Shown: one piece after another, positions 8,468 to 26,917 of the stretch | How positions within the stretch are numbered: the first letter of the stretch is position 1 | Layout of the letters: each line of letters opens with the position of its first letter | Assembly: GCA_963785725.1 (NCBI GenBank) | Contig: CAWAWS010000017.1 | Coordinates: forward strand, 1-64,000 | Length of the DNA: 64,000 bases | Direction: 5' to 3' | Source: an uncultured delta proteobacterium | Lineage (GTDB): Bacteria; Myxococcota_A; Polyangia; Palsa-1104 | Program-made: the position numbers and the translations under genes | The notes under the pieces: model-generated | What the model saw: the letters and a program-made list of their open reading frames with translations, nothing else | Databases searched by the model: none | What the model was told of the DNA's origin: nothing

Positions 8468-9772
8468 CTAACGCCAGCGATCGAACAGCGACTGCGGATT
8501 GCGGCCGTCGTCGAGCAGCTCGGCCAGCAGCTTACGGAACGGCAGCTTCGGCGTCAGCGACGCGATGACCGCCAGCGCGCCCAGTCGCTGCCGCCACAAC
8601 AGCATCGCCGCCGGTGGCAGGGCGATCCGCCGTTCGCGCAAGAGCTCGCCGGTGAGCGCGATCATGCGCGCCACCTGCGCCGTCGTCAGCGTCACGGCCG
8701 CGCGCGACAAGAACGGCGCCGACAGCGCCTCTTCCCACTCGCGCCACGCCGCCGTCTCGAACGTGCGCGCCTCGGCGACGAGCCCTTCGGTATGCGCCGC
8801 GTGCCGCAGCTCCTCGCCGTCGCGATGAATGAGCGCCAAGAACAGGCGACGATCGGCGGCGCGCATGTCGTCCGACAGCTCCGCCGACGAGCCGAAGTCG
8901 ACGAAGCCGACGCGCCCGCCGTCGGCCAAGTAGTTGCCGGGGTGCGGATCGGCGTTGAAGATGCCGTGCTTGAGCGGCGCGCCGAACGCGAAGCGAAAGA
9001 TGGCGCGCGCCGTCCGCTGCCGCGTCTCGGCGTCCTGCGCGGCGACGGCGGCGAGCGTCGCGCCGTCGAGCCGCGTCATCGTCAACAAGCGGCCGGTCGA
9101 GCGCGCGCCATCGACGCGCGGAACGACGATGTCGGCGTCGCCGGAGAAGGCGCGCCGAAACCGGTCGAGCCACACCGCTTCGGCGCGATAGTCGAGCTCG
9201 CCCAACAGCTGCGCGCGCATGACCTCCAGCGTCGCGTCGACGGCGCCTTCGCCGAGCTCGCTGCCGACCACGCGCCGCAGCAGCGACGCCGACGACAGAT
9301 CGTCCGCCAGCGTCTCGGCCACGCCCGGATATTGGACTTTGACGGCCCAGCGCGTGCCATCGGCGTCTTCGGCGGCGTGCACTTGACCGAGCGACGCGGC
9401 GGCGAGCGGCTCGTCGTCCCACTTCGCGAACAGCTGCTCCGGCGGCGCGCCCAGCTCGGCCTGCACGGCCGCGCGAATGATCGATGGCGGACGCGGCGGC
9501 ATGCGATCCCACAAGCGCGACAACAGCGCGCGCGCCTCGGGCGTCGTCGCCGCGCCGGTGACGTCGAGATAGGCGCGCACCTGCGCCGCTTTGGCGACGG
9601 CCGCGCCCAACTCCGCGGCCGACGTCGCGAACGCCTCGGCTTCGGCCAGATCGGCGGCGCGGCGATCGCGCGTCACGTCGACGTCGGTCATGACCGCCTG
9701 CCGCGCCGCGGCCGTGGCGCGCTTGATTCGGGCGCCGGCGAAGGCGATGAGGCGGCGATAACGTCGTTGCAT
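8468..9772 (-). CDS. ABC1/AarF/UbiB-family atypical kinase
   Basis: AAASLGQVH, VKVQYPG, ELDYRAEA, NADPHPGN, DFG. Start uncertain. Confidence 0.9.
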   Translation of the reverse strand: MQRRYRRLIAFAGARIKRATAAARQAVMTDVDVTRDRRAADLAEAEAFATSAAELGAAVAKAAQVRAYLDVTGAATTPEARALLSRLWDRMPPRPPSIIRAAVQAELGAPPEQLFAKWDDEPLAAASLGQVHAAEDADGTRWAVKVQYPGVAETLADDLSSASLLRRVVGSELGEGAVDATLEVMRAQLLGELDYRAEAVWLDRFRRAFSGDADIVVPRVDGARSTGRLLTMTRLDGATLAAVAAQDAETRQRTARAIFRFAFGAPLKHGIFNADPHPGNYLADGGRVGFVDFGSSAELSDDMRAADRRLFLALIHRDGEELRHAAHTEGLVAEARTFETAAWREWEEALSAPFLSRAAVTLTTAQVARMIALTGELLRERRIALPPAAMLLWRQRLGALAVIASLTPKLPFRKLLAELLDDGRNPQSLFDRWR

Positions 9773-9802
9773 CGGCCGTATTTGTAGCCGAACGGCGCCG
9801 CT

Positions 9803-11050
9803 TCACAAGCTGCGGTTGGCGGCCAGGCGCTGGAATCGTCCGAGCAAGAGCGCGACCACGACCCACAGCGCGCACAACGGCAACGCCACCCACGACGCCA
9901 CGGCGCCGACGAGTCCGAACGCGCCGGCGCCGATGGCGTCGCCGCCGCGATAGACGAACGTGTCGATGAACGACTTGGCCGCGTATTTGTCATCGCGATC
10001 GGCCACGACGTAACAGAGCTCGCGCGCCGGCCGCGCCGCGAAGTAGTCGGTCGTGCGCCGCGCCACTTGGAAGCCGATGACCAGCATGAGCGACGGTCGC
10101 AGCGCCAGCGCCACGAAGCCGAGCAGCGTCAACGCCGGCAGCACGAGCAGCGTCGCCGTCACGCCCAGGCGCGCCAGAAACCAGCGCGTCGCCAGCGCCT
10201 GCAGCACGATGCTGGCCACGTTGACCCACAAGTCCATGCGCGCGAACAGCGTCGTGCGCGCCGCGTCGCTGGTGACGGCCGTTTGCACGAGCCGCGCCTG
10301 CTCCAAATACGTGAACGTCGAGGTCACCGTATACAAGAGCAAATAGCCGGCGAGACAGGCCAGCAGCGGCGAACGCACGAGCGCGCCCAGGAACGCGACC
10401 GGGTTGCGACTGCGCGACTTGGCGCGCGCCGGCTGGCCATCGTCGACGCGAAAGAAGCAGAAGACGGCGGCCTCGACGAGCAGCGCGGCCACGAGCGGCA
10501 GCCGCGTCGGACCGATGGCGCGCGTCAACAACGTCGCCACCAGCGCGCCGGCGATGGCGCCGAGCGTGCCGCCGAGCGCGACGACGCCGTAGCGGCGCGC
10601 GGCGGCGGCGGGCGTGAAACGATCGGCCATGAAGCCCCAAAAGACGCTCACGGCGAACAAGTTGAAGACGCTGGTCCAGATGAAGAATGCGCGCGCGGCC
10701 CACGTCGGCGCCGCGTGACCGCCGAGCAGCCACGCGAACGCGACCAGCTGCAGCGCGAAGCCGTGGTAGACGAGCGGCACGAAGCGGCGCCGCGGCAGTC
10801 GCTCGACGAGCGCCGTGAACAGCGGCGTCGCCAGCGCCATCGTCACCAGCGTCGCCATCATCAGCCACGGCAGCGCCTTGACCGCGCCGCGCAGGCCCAT
10901 CGCGTCACGCAGCGGGCGAATGACGTAATAGGCCGCGAGCACGAGGAAGTGGTAGACCGCCGACCAGCCGGCCGCGCGCCGCTCTTTGTCATCGTCGTCG
11001 TCGTCGGGCGTCGCGTGGCGGTCGGCGACAGCCGCGCGCGTCGTCGTCAC
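9803..11050 (-). CDS. MFS transporter, NTT/ATP-ADP-translocase-like (415 aa)
   Basis: YYVIRPLRDAMG, FNLFAVSVFWGFMAD, KYAAKSFIDTFVYRGGD; multiple TM helices; GTGA overlap with the upstream stop. Confidence 0.85.
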   Translation of the reverse strand: MTTTRAAVADRHATPDDDDDDKERRAAGWSAVYHFLVLAAYYVIRPLRDAMGLRGAVKALPWLMMATLVTMALATPLFTALVERLPRRRFVPLVYHGFALQLVAFAWLLGGHAAPTWAARAFFIWTSVFNLFAVSVFWGFMADRFTPAAAARRYGVVALGGTLGAIAGALVATLLTRAIGPTRLPLVAALLVEAAVFCFFRVDDGQPARAKSRSRNPVAFLGALVRSPLLACLAGYLLLYTVTSTFTYLEQARLVQTAVTSDAARTTLFARMDLWVNVASIVLQALATRWFLARLGVTATLLVLPALTLLGFVALALRPSLMLVIGFQVARRTTDYFAARPARELCYVVADRDDKYAAKSFIDTFVYRGGDAIGAGAFGLVGAVASWVALPLCALWVVVALLLGRFQRLAANRSL

Positions 11051-12144
11051 TTTCGCGCGTGCCAGGCGGCCAGCACTTGCCGTTCGCGCTCGGGCGTCAG
11101 CCCCGCTTTTGGCTTCGCGCGCCGCGCCTCCGGCAGCGTATTCCACCACGCCAGCGTGTCGCGCGCGGTGTCCGCGACGCTGCGAAACGTCAGCCCCGCC
11201 TTGACCGCTTTGTCGCGATTGATGCGCCCGAGGTACGTCTCCTCACCGCGCGGCGACAGCCACACCGGCAAGTCGACCCAGCCATGCACGTCCTGCCGAT
11301 CGAGGAAGTCGACGTCGACCCAGGTCAGCTTCGCGTCGCTGTGAGCCGCCTGTTTGCAGCCGTCGAGCAGCGCTCCCACGCCCAGCGTCGTCGCCGGGCC
11401 GGTGGCGTTGAACGTGCCGGTCAGCGTGCGCTCGACGACGGCGATCATCCAATGCGCCAAGTCGCGGACATCGATGTACGACACCGGATCGCTCGGCTGC
11501 CCCGGCGCCAACACCTCGCCGCCACGCGCCAAACGCAACGGCCAGTAGGTGAAACGATCGGTCGGATCTTCGGGCCCGACGATCAAGCCCGGCCGAACGA
11601 CGGTGACGCGGCCGGGCATCGCCGCCGCCGCCGCCGTCTCGCACAGCGCCTTGAGCGGTCCGTACGCGCCGTTGCCCGGATCCTCCGTCGGCTTCTCCAG
11701 CTTGGCGACGGGCGAATTCTCGTCGATGGGCTTCGATCCGTCGGTGTAGACGCTGATGGTGCTGACGAACAGGTAATGTTGCACCGACGGCGCGAGCAGC
11801 GTCGCCGAGTCGTGCACGTGGCGCGGCACGTAGCCGGAGTCGTCGATGACGGCGTCCCAGCGATGGCCGCGCAGGGCGTCGAGCTGGCCGTTGCGATCGC
11901 CGTGCAGCTGCTCGAGGTCGGTGAAGCGGCCGGGGTTGGTCTTGCCGCGGTTGAACAGGGTGAGCGTGTGGCCGCGCCCGCGGGCCACGGCGACGAGCGC
12001 CGGGCCGAGAAACCCGGTGCCGCCGAGGATGAGGATCTTCTTCGGCGGCGGCGGCGCGGCCCACAATCGGCCTGTGCCCAGCGCGGCGACGCCGGACGCA
12101 GCCGCGGCCATCGATGCCTGCATGAAGACGCGGCGCGTGCTCAT
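11047..12144 (-). CDS. NAD-dependent epimerase/dehydratase family protein with Tat signal
   Basis: MSTRRVFM twin-arginine motif; ILILGGTGFLG Rossmann motif; YGPLK; RPGLIVGP. Confidence 0.9.
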   Translation of the reverse strand: MSTRRVFMQASMAAAASGVAALGTGRLWAAPPPPKKILILGGTGFLGPALVAVARGRGHTLTLFNRGKTNPGRFTDLEQLHGDRNGQLDALRGHRWDAVIDDSGYVPRHVHDSATLLAPSVQHYLFVSTISVYTDGSKPIDENSPVAKLEKPTEDPGNGAYGPLKALCETAAAAAMPGRVTVVRPGLIVGPEDPTDRFTYWPLRLARGGEVLAPGQPSDPVSYIDVRDLAHWMIAVVERTLTGTFNATGPATTLGVGALLDGCKQAAHSDAKLTWVDVDFLDRQDVHGWVDLPVWLSPRGEETYLGRINRDKAVKAGLTFRSVADTARDTLAWWNTLPEARRAKPKAGLTPERERQVLAAWHARK

Positions 12145-12174
12145 GGCAGTGCAACACCGGGCCCGCCACGAAGT

Positions 12175-13758
12175 TCAGCGCCGTTCGTAGACGACGCGCC
12201 CGCCGACGATGGTCATCGCGATCGCGGCGTGGAGGAGCCCGGCGGCGGGCGCGTCGAGCACCGTCAGGTCGGCCGCCTGCCCGACCGCGGCGCGGCCGCG
12301 CCAGCCCTCTTCGAACGCGGCATAGGCGGCGCCGGTCGTGAACGCGGCCAGCGCTTCGTCGCGCGTGAGCTTCTCGGCGACCGTCCAGTTGGCGCGCTCG
12401 ACGGCGGCGCGCAGGCCGGCGACGACCGACACATCCTCGACGGGAAAGTCGCTGCCGAAGGCCAGGTGCACGCCGGCGTTCAGCATGCGGCGCCAGGCGT
12501 AGGCGCCGGCCAATCGCGCCGGGCCGAGGCGCGCCTCGGCCCAGCCGTGGTCGCTGACGGCGTGCGTCGGCTGCATCGACGCGATGACGCCGAGCTTGGC
12601 GAAGCGCGGAAGGTCGGCGAGCGCCACGACCTGCGCGTGCTCGATGCGAAAGCGCTGCGCCGCGCCGACGCCCGCCTGCGCGTAAGCGTCGAGCACGTCG
12701 CGGTTGCCGCGGTCGCCGATGGCATGCACCGCCACCTGCCAGCCGCCGCCGAGCGCGCGCCGCGCCAGCTCCTGCAGCTTCGCCGGCGGCGTCAGCGTCA
12801 GGCCGCGATTGCTCGGATCGTCGCTGTAGGGCGCGAGCAGCGCGGCGCCGCGCGAGCCGAGCGCGCCGTCGGCGTAGAGCTTGATGCCGCGCAGCGTGAA
12901 GTAGGCGTCGGGCGGCGAGGGCGCGGGCGCGTGGGCCAACAAGGTCTCGGCGGCCGCGAGCGAGCCGAACGCATAGACGCGCAGCTTCAACCGTCGCGCG
13001 TGCGCCAGCTGTCGATAGACGTCGAGCGCCGCCAGCGGCAAGCCCATCTCGTGAATCTCGGTCAGCCCGGCGGCGACGGCGACGTCTTGCGCGCGCAAGA
13101 TCGCCGCTTCCATCATCGCCGTCGTCGGGGCCGGCTCGGCGCGCGTCACCAGCTCCATGGCGCGATCGACGAAGATGCCGGTCGGCTCGCCCGCGCCGTC
13201 GCGCACGATCTTGCCGCCGGCCGGATCGGGCGTGGCGCGCGTAATGCCCGCGCGGCGCATGGCGACGGCGTTGAGCCACAAGGCGTGCCCGTCGACGCGC
13301 TCGAGCACGACCGCGCGATCGGCGGCGACCCGATCGAGCGCGGCGTGCGTGGGAAATTCGGGGACGGCGAAGCGGTTCTGATCCCAGCCGCGCCCGCGGA
13401 CCCAGTCGCCGCGCGCGGGCGACAGCCGCTGCGCGCAGTCGTCGGGCGCCGTGCAGCCGCGCAGATCGACCTCGGTGAGCGCGAGCCCGAGGTCCATCAA
13501 GTGCGCGTGCGCATCGGTCAACGCCGGCACCACCGCGCGACCGCGCAGCTCGACGACGCGCGTGCGCGGGCCGATGAACGCCGCCACGTCCGCGTCATCC
13601 CCGACGGCGACGACGCGCGCGCCGCGAACGGCGACGGCCTGCGCGTGCGGGCGCGCCGCGTCTTGCGTCAGGACGTCGCCGCCGCGCAGCACGAGATCGG
13701 CGGCCGGCGCGGCCGACGCCAGCGCCGGCAAAAGAAGCAACACGAGGATGCAGCGCAT
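12175..13758 (-). CDS. Secreted amidohydrolase (YtcJ-like, amidohydro_3)
   Basis: Signal peptide; DAHAH, KLYADGALGSRGA, HAIGD, RIEHAQ, GSDFPVE. Confidence 0.9.
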   Translation of the reverse strand: MRCILVLLLLPALASAAPAADLVLRGGDVLTQDAARPHAQAVAVRGARVVAVGDDADVAAFIGPRTRVVELRGRAVVPALTDAHAHLMDLGLALTEVDLRGCTAPDDCAQRLSPARGDWVRGRGWDQNRFAVPEFPTHAALDRVAADRAVVLERVDGHALWLNAVAMRRAGITRATPDPAGGKIVRDGAGEPTGIFVDRAMELVTRAEPAPTTAMMEAAILRAQDVAVAAGLTEIHEMGLPLAALDVYRQLAHARRLKLRVYAFGSLAAAETLLAHAPAPSPPDAYFTLRGIKLYADGALGSRGAALLAPYSDDPSNRGLTLTPPAKLQELARRALGGGWQVAVHAIGDRGNRDVLDAYAQAGVGAAQRFRIEHAQVVALADLPRFAKLGVIASMQPTHAVSDHGWAEARLGPARLAGAYAWRRMLNAGVHLAFGSDFPVEDVSVVAGLRAAVERANWTVAEKLTRDEALAAFTTGAAYAAFEEGWRGRAAVGQAADLTVLDAPAAGLLHAAIAMTIVGGRVVYERR

Positions 13759-13802
13759 GTCCGACCTTACTATTTTCGCAGGCGCGTGGTTATGATCGGC
13801 CT

Positions 13803-14096
13803 ATGGCGATGATGCGGTGGGGAGCGCTGGCGCTGGCCGCGGGCGTGTCGTTGTCCGCGGGCTGCGACAAGTCGAAAGCGGCGCTGGCGTCGACGCAGAC
13901 GCAGCTGGCGACGGCGTTGGCCGAGCGCGACGCCTACAAGCAGCAACTCGACTCGACGCGGGCGCAGCTGAACCAGGCGCTGACGCAGCTGGCGCTCATC
14001 AAGGCGGCGGCCGCCGCCTCACCGCCGCCGACGCCGCCGGCGACCGCGCCGGCCAGCGGCGGCGACGTCAAGCCACCGCCGCCGAAGACGGATTAG
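13803..14096 (+). CDS. Small coiled-coil lipoprotein
   Basis: Lipobox LSAGC, heptad-like middle, Pro-rich tail. Confidence 0.7.
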   Translation: MAMMRWGALALAAGVSLSAGCDKSKAALASTQTQLATALAERDAYKQQLDSTRAQLNQALTQLALIKAAAAASPPPTPPATAPASGGDVKPPPPKTD

Positions 14097-14107
14097 GCGC
14101 GCGATTG

Positions 14108-14698
14108 ATGTCGCCCGCGATGTCGCGTCCGTGCTCGGCGCTGGGCCTGTGCCTGGCGCTGCTGGCCGGCTGCAGCAGCGGTCACGCCAACGTCGCGACC
14201 AAAAGCAGCGACCTCGGGCTCTTCAAGATCGAGAGCGGCCTCTACACCGTCGCCAACCTCGCCACCGCCGGCGACGGCTGCCAGCTCGATCTCGCCAGCG
14301 GCAGCGGTGGCGGCAGCTTCACCATGCTGTCCGTCAACAACGACGGCAACGGCGGCGTCGCGCTCGGCAGCTACCACGGCACCGGCGGCTCGCCGCCTCT
14401 GTTCATGCCGTCGGCGTACACCGGCGGCAACGGCCACTTCAGCGATGACACCCACGGCACGACGCTGACGCAGACGCACGTCATCACCGCCGTCGATGCC
14501 GGCGCCGACTCGTGCAACTACGACGTCACCATCAGCACCGTCTTGACCGTCACCGGCAACGATCGGCTGCACGTGGCGCTCACCCATCGCGACGCCAACA
14601 TCACCGACTGCACCACGCCGCCGGGGTCGAGCTGCACCTCGAATTGGACCTTCGACTTGAGCCTCACGCCGCCGGCCGACCTCGCGACGACCGACTGA
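14108..14698 (+). CDS. Hypothetical lipoprotein (196 aa)
   Basis: Lipobox LAGC; beta-rich body with paired Cys; strong GC3 codon bias. Confidence 0.75.
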   Translation: MSPAMSRPCSALGLCLALLAGCSSGHANVATKSSDLGLFKIESGLYTVANLATAGDGCQLDLASGSGGGSFTMLSVNNDGNGGVALGSYHGTGGSPPLFMPSAYTGGNGHFSDDTHGTTLTQTHVITAVDAGADSCNYDVTISTVLTVTGNDRLHVALTHRDANITDCTTPPGSSCTSNWTFDLSLTPPADLATTD

Positions 14699-14966
14699 TT
14701 TTCGTCGCGTGACGCGGCCCGCCGCAGCCTGCGACAGGTGAGCACACGCTGCACACGCTGCGACAGTTGGCGCACAGTCGGAGGGCAGATTTTTGCACAT
14801 CTCGGCGGAAAACTGCCCGACGCGTGTGCATCGGTTGCAACCTTGAGAGGCGGAGTAGGAGATGTAGGCGTCGCGCAACTCCTGCACAGGCGCGGCTAAA
14901 TCGGGGAGTCAGTGGTGGCTCGCTTCCTGCTTAATTCGCGGGCGCCCATGTACAAGAGCGCGCACC

Positions 14967-17294
14967 TTGTCTAACGCCGACTCGGCCGACGTCGCGCCCT
15001 TGGCGCTGGCGCGACCAGCCGATGTGCTCGTCGTCGATGACGACGCCAAGACGCTGCTGGCGATGACGGCGATGCTGGACGAGCTGGGCGTCTCGATGGT
15101 GCAGGCGCGGTCGGGTCGCCAGGCGCTCATCAAGCTGCTGGAGCACGACTTCGCCGTGATCTTGCTCGACGTGCAGATGCCGGACTTGGACGGCTTCGAG
15201 ACGGCCGAGCTCATTCGCAGCCGCGATCGCACGCGCCACACGCCGATCATCTTCCTCACGGCGTTCAATCAGACCGATCGGCAGCTGATGCGCGGCTACG
15301 GCCTCGGCGCCGTCGACTTCATGTTCAAGCCGATCGTGCCCGAGATCTTGCGCTCCAAGGTGTCGGTGTTCGTCGAGCTGCACAAGAAGACGCAGGAGGT
15401 CGGCCGGCAGGCGCAGCTCATCCGCGACGCCGAGCAGCGCGAAGGCGAGCGCCGCCTGGCCGACGCGCGCCAGCGCTGGGAAGCCGACACCTTGCGCGCG
15501 CAGATGGAGATCGAGCGCGCGCAGGCCGAGACGATGGCCAAGAAGGCCGACGAGCTCGCCCGCGCCGTCGCCGAGCGCGACGCGGCGGCGGCGGCGCTGG
15601 TGCACTCCAACGCGCGGCTGGCGCTCCTGTCCGACAGCGCCAATCGCCTCTTGCTCGGCCTGCAGCCGCGCGTGCTCGTGCGCGACGTCTGTCAGCGACT
15701 GTCGGCGCACCTCGATCTCGAGGTCTACGCCTATCGTCGCTACGACTCCGATCGCGACGTGCTGGTGCTCGAGGCGCACGAAGGCATCGACGGCGCGATC
15801 GTCGACGCGCTGCGCGAAGTGCCGGCCGGCGCCGAGCTGTCGGGGCAGGCGCTGCGCATTCGCCGCCGCATCGTCATCGACGAGCGCACGCCGGCCTCGA
15901 CGGAGGTGCCGCCGAGCGTGCAGCAGCTCGGGCTGCGCGCCTGCGTCATGTTGCCGCTCGTGTCGCTGGCCGACGAGCGCATGATCGGCACGCTGTTCTT
16001 CGGCAGCCGCACGCGCGGTCGCTTCGCCCTCGAGGAGCTGGCGACGATTCAGGTGGTGGCCGATCAGATCGCCATCGCGCTCGACCGCGACGAGCTGATC
16101 GGGCAGCTGCAGTCGCGCAACGCCGAGCTCGCCGACGCCGATCGACGCAAGGACGAGTTCTTGGCGATGCTGGCGCACGAGCTGCGCAATCCGATGGCGC
16201 CGATCGTCAACGCGCTGCACGTCGTCGGTCACGAGCTGGAGACGCGGCAGGATACGAGCCTGGCGCGCGCACACCAGACGATGGATCGGCAGATTCGCCA
16301 TCTGATTCGGCTCGTCGACGATCTGCTCGACGTGTCGCGGATTACGCAAGGCAAGATCGAGCTGCGCCGCGAGCGGGCGACGCTGCAAGGGATCGTCGAG
16401 CAGGCGGTGCAGATCGCGCGGCCGCTCATCGAGTCGCGCGGGCATGCGCTGGCCGTCGCGCTGCCGGCGGCGCCGGTGCCGCTGGCCGTCGACGTGACGC
16501 GCATGACGCAGGTCGTGTCCAACCTGCTCAACAACGCCGCCAAGTACACCGATCTCGGCGGACGCATCGAGATCAGCGCCGAGAGCGACGACGAGGAGGC
16601 CGTCATTCGCGTGCGCGACAACGGCATCGGCATGCGCAACGACATGCTGCCGCGCGTCTTCGAGCTGTTCACGCAGGCCAACCACGCCATCGATCGCGCC
16701 GTCGGTGGCCTCGGCATCGGCCTGACGCTGGTCAAGCGCATGGTGCAGCTGCACGGCGGCGAAGTGTTGGCGCGCTCCGAAGGGTTGGGCAAAGGCAGCG
16801 AGCTGGTGGTGACGATCCCGCTGGCGTCACCGGGAGATGGAGACGAAGACATGTCCGCCATCGTGACCACCCCCATCGTCGACGAGGGCAGCGGCCCGGC
16901 GCGACGGTTACGCATCCTCGTCGTCGAGGACAATCCCGATATTCGCGAGACGTTGAAGGATCTATTGGAGATCGAAGGGCATGAAGTGACGCTGGCGGAG
17001 GACGGCAACCTCGGCGTCGAGCGCGCCGGCAGCCACGACGTCGCGCTCGTCGACATCGGGCTGCCCGGCCTCGACGGTTACGCGGTGGCGCGCGCGTTGT
17101 GCGGCTTCCGCAAGAGTCGCGGCTTTCCCACGCGTCTCATCGCCATGACCGGTTACGGACAGGCCGAAGATCGCCGCCGCGCCATCGAGGCCGGCTTCGA
17201 CGCGCACCTCGTCAAGCCGGTCGATCCCAGCATGTTGACGCGGCTGCTCGCCGATCCGGCGGCCTTCGTGTCGATCGCAAAAGGAGAGGGTTAG
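14967..17294 (+). CDS. Hybrid sensor histidine kinase (REC-coiled coil-GAF-HisKA-HATPase-REC)
   Basis: VLVVDDD...LLDVQMP REC; H-box [26 protein letters not shown]-terminal REC ILVVEDN...LVDIGLP. Confidence 0.95.
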   Translation: MSNADSADVAPLALARPADVLVVDDDAKTLLAMTAMLDELGVSMVQARSGRQALIKLLEHDFAVILLDVQMPDLDGFETAELIRSRDRTRHTPIIFLTAFNQTDRQLMRGYGLGAVDFMFKPIVPEILRSKVSVFVELHKKTQEVGRQAQLIRDAEQREGERRLADARQRWEADTLRAQMEIERAQAETMAKKADELARAVAERDAAAAALVHSNARLALLSDSANRLLLGLQPRVLVRDVCQRLSAHLDLEVYAYRRYDSDRDVLVLEAHEGIDGAIVDALREVPAGAELSGQALRIRRRIVIDERTPASTEVPPSVQQLGLRACVMLPLVSLADERMIGTLFFGSRTRGRFALEELATIQVVADQIAIALDRDELIGQLQSRNAELADADRRKDEFLAMLAHELRNPMAPIVNALHVVGHELETRQDTSLARAHQTMDRQIRHLIRLVDDLLDVSRITQGKIELRRERATLQGIVEQAVQIARPLIESRGHALAVALPAAPVPLAVDVTRMTQVVSNLLNNAAKYTDLGGRIEISAESDDEEAVIRVRDNGIGMRNDMLPRVFELFTQANHAIDRAVGGLGIGLTLVKRMVQLHGGEVLARSEGLGKGSELVVTIPLASPGDGDEDMSAIVTTPIVDEGSGPARRLRILVVEDNPDIRETLKDLLEIEGHEVTLAEDGNLGVERAGSHDVALVDIGLPGLDGYAVARALCGFRKSRGFPTRLIAMTGYGQAEDRRRAIEAGFDAHLVKPVDPSMLTRLLADPAAFVSIAKGEG

Positions 17295-17297
17295 CGA

Positions 17298-25415
<8,118 letters not shown>

Positions 25416-25417
25416 CC

Positions 25418-26314
25418 ATGGGCGACACGCCGTCATTCGCCGATGACAGCGGAGAAGAGCGGTTGATCGTTCCCGCCGAGCCGCGCACCGGTCACGACGA
25501 AGATCTGGAGGAGCTCGAGCTCGGCCTTCTGACCGACGCCGTGTACCGTCGCTACGGGCTCGACTTCCGCAACTACGCGCGCGCCTCCTTGCGCCGGCGC
25601 ATTCGGCTGGCGATGGCCGACGAAGGCGTGCGCTCGGTCACCGGCCTGACCGAGAAGCTCTTGCACGACCCGCCGGCGATGGAGCGGCTGCTCTTGCGGC
25701 TGTCGATCAACGTCACGTCGCTGTTCCGCGATCCCGGCTTCTGGCAGTCGCTGCGCAAGCACGTCATCCCGCACCTGCGCAGCAACCCCTTCGTGCGCAT
25801 CTGGCACGCCGGCTGCTCGACCGGCGAAGAGGTCTACTCGATGGCGATCGTGCTGCACGAGGAGGGCCTCTACGATCGCTGCCGCATCTACGCCACCGAC
25901 TTCAACGAGGTCGCCTTACAGCGCGCGCGCGACGGCATCGTCAACGTCGACCAGATGCAGGACTACTCGACCAACTACCTGCGCTCGGGCGGCTTGGGCT
26001 CGCTCTCCGACTACTACACGGCCAACTACGGCCACGCCATCTTCCGCTCGAGCCTGAAGAAGAACGTCGTCTTCTCGCAGCACAACCTCGTCACCGACGG
26101 CAGCTTCAACGAGTTCAACCTCATCTTGTGCCGCAACGTCATGATCTACTTCAACGACGCCTTGCAGAGCCGCGTGCACAAGTTGTTGTACGCCAGCCTG
26201 CGTCGTTACGGCTTTTTGGCCCTCGGTCGCAAGGAGTCGCTGCGCGGCACGCCGCAGGAGGCCGACTACGATCCGATCGACGACACCGAGCGCATCTTCA
26301 AGCGACCGCGATGA
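25418..26314 (+). CDS. cheR: CheR protein-glutamate O-methyltransferase (298 aa)
   Basis: YGLDFRNYARASLRRR, IWHAGCSTGEEVYS, LILCRNVMIYF. Confidence 0.95.
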   Translation: MGDTPSFADDSGEERLIVPAEPRTGHDEDLEELELGLLTDAVYRRYGLDFRNYARASLRRRIRLAMADEGVRSVTGLTEKLLHDPPAMERLLLRLSINVTSLFRDPGFWQSLRKHVIPHLRSNPFVRIWHAGCSTGEEVYSMAIVLHEEGLYDRCRIYATDFNEVALQRARDGIVNVDQMQDYSTNYLRSGGLGSLSDYYTANYGHAIFRSSLKKNVVFSQHNLVTDGSFNEFNLILCRNVMIYFNDALQSRVHKLLYASLRRYGFLALGRKESLRGTPQEADYDPIDDTERIFKRPR

Positions 26315-26893
26315 CCCTCGATCTGTCGCCGCGCCTCGTCGTCGTGGGCACGTCGCTGGGCGGTTTGCACGCGCTCAGCCTCGTCTTGAGCCGACTCGGT
26401 CCCGACTTCGCGCTGCCCATCGCCGTCGTGCAGCATCGCGGCACCGAAGGCGAATCGGCGACGCTGACGAGCCTGTTGCAGCGGCGCTGTGTGTTGCCGG
26501 TGAGCGAAGCCAACGACAAGGAGCCGCTCGTCGGCGGTCACGTCTACTTGGCGCCGCCCGATTATCACCTGCTCGTCGACGGCGGTCGCTTCGCGCTGTC
26601 GACCGAAGCGCGCGTGCAGCATGCGCGGCCGTCGATCGACGTGCTCTTCGAGTCGGCCGCCGACGTCTTCGGCGCGCGCACGCTCGGCGTCGTCTTGACG
26701 GGCGCGAACGCCGATGGCGCCGCCGGCGCCCGGCACATCAAGCGGCGCGGCGGCCAGGTGGTCGCGCAAGAATCCGGCGACGGCCGAGGCGCCGCAGATG
26801 CCGACGGCGGCGATCGCGGCCGGCGCCGTCGATCGCGTGCTCACGCTCGACGAGATCGGCGGCTACATCAACGTCGCGTCCGTCCAAGGCTGA
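26311..26893 (+). CDS. cheB: CheB methylesterase (catalytic domain only), +1 frameshift at ~26771
   Basis: GTSLGG, VVQHR, RPSIDVLFESAA, TGANADGAAG. Removing one A in CAAGAATCCG restores QDPATAEAPQMP...VDRVLTLDEIG-stop. ATGA overlap with cheR. Confidence 0.85.
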
Positions 26894-26917
26894 GCGCCGC
26901 GCCGGGCTACGCCAAGG

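Noticed and set aside
11059..13812. 917-aa plus-strand ORF
   Set aside because: Antisense shadow of the amidohydrolase and epimerase genes, as expected in high-GC DNA.
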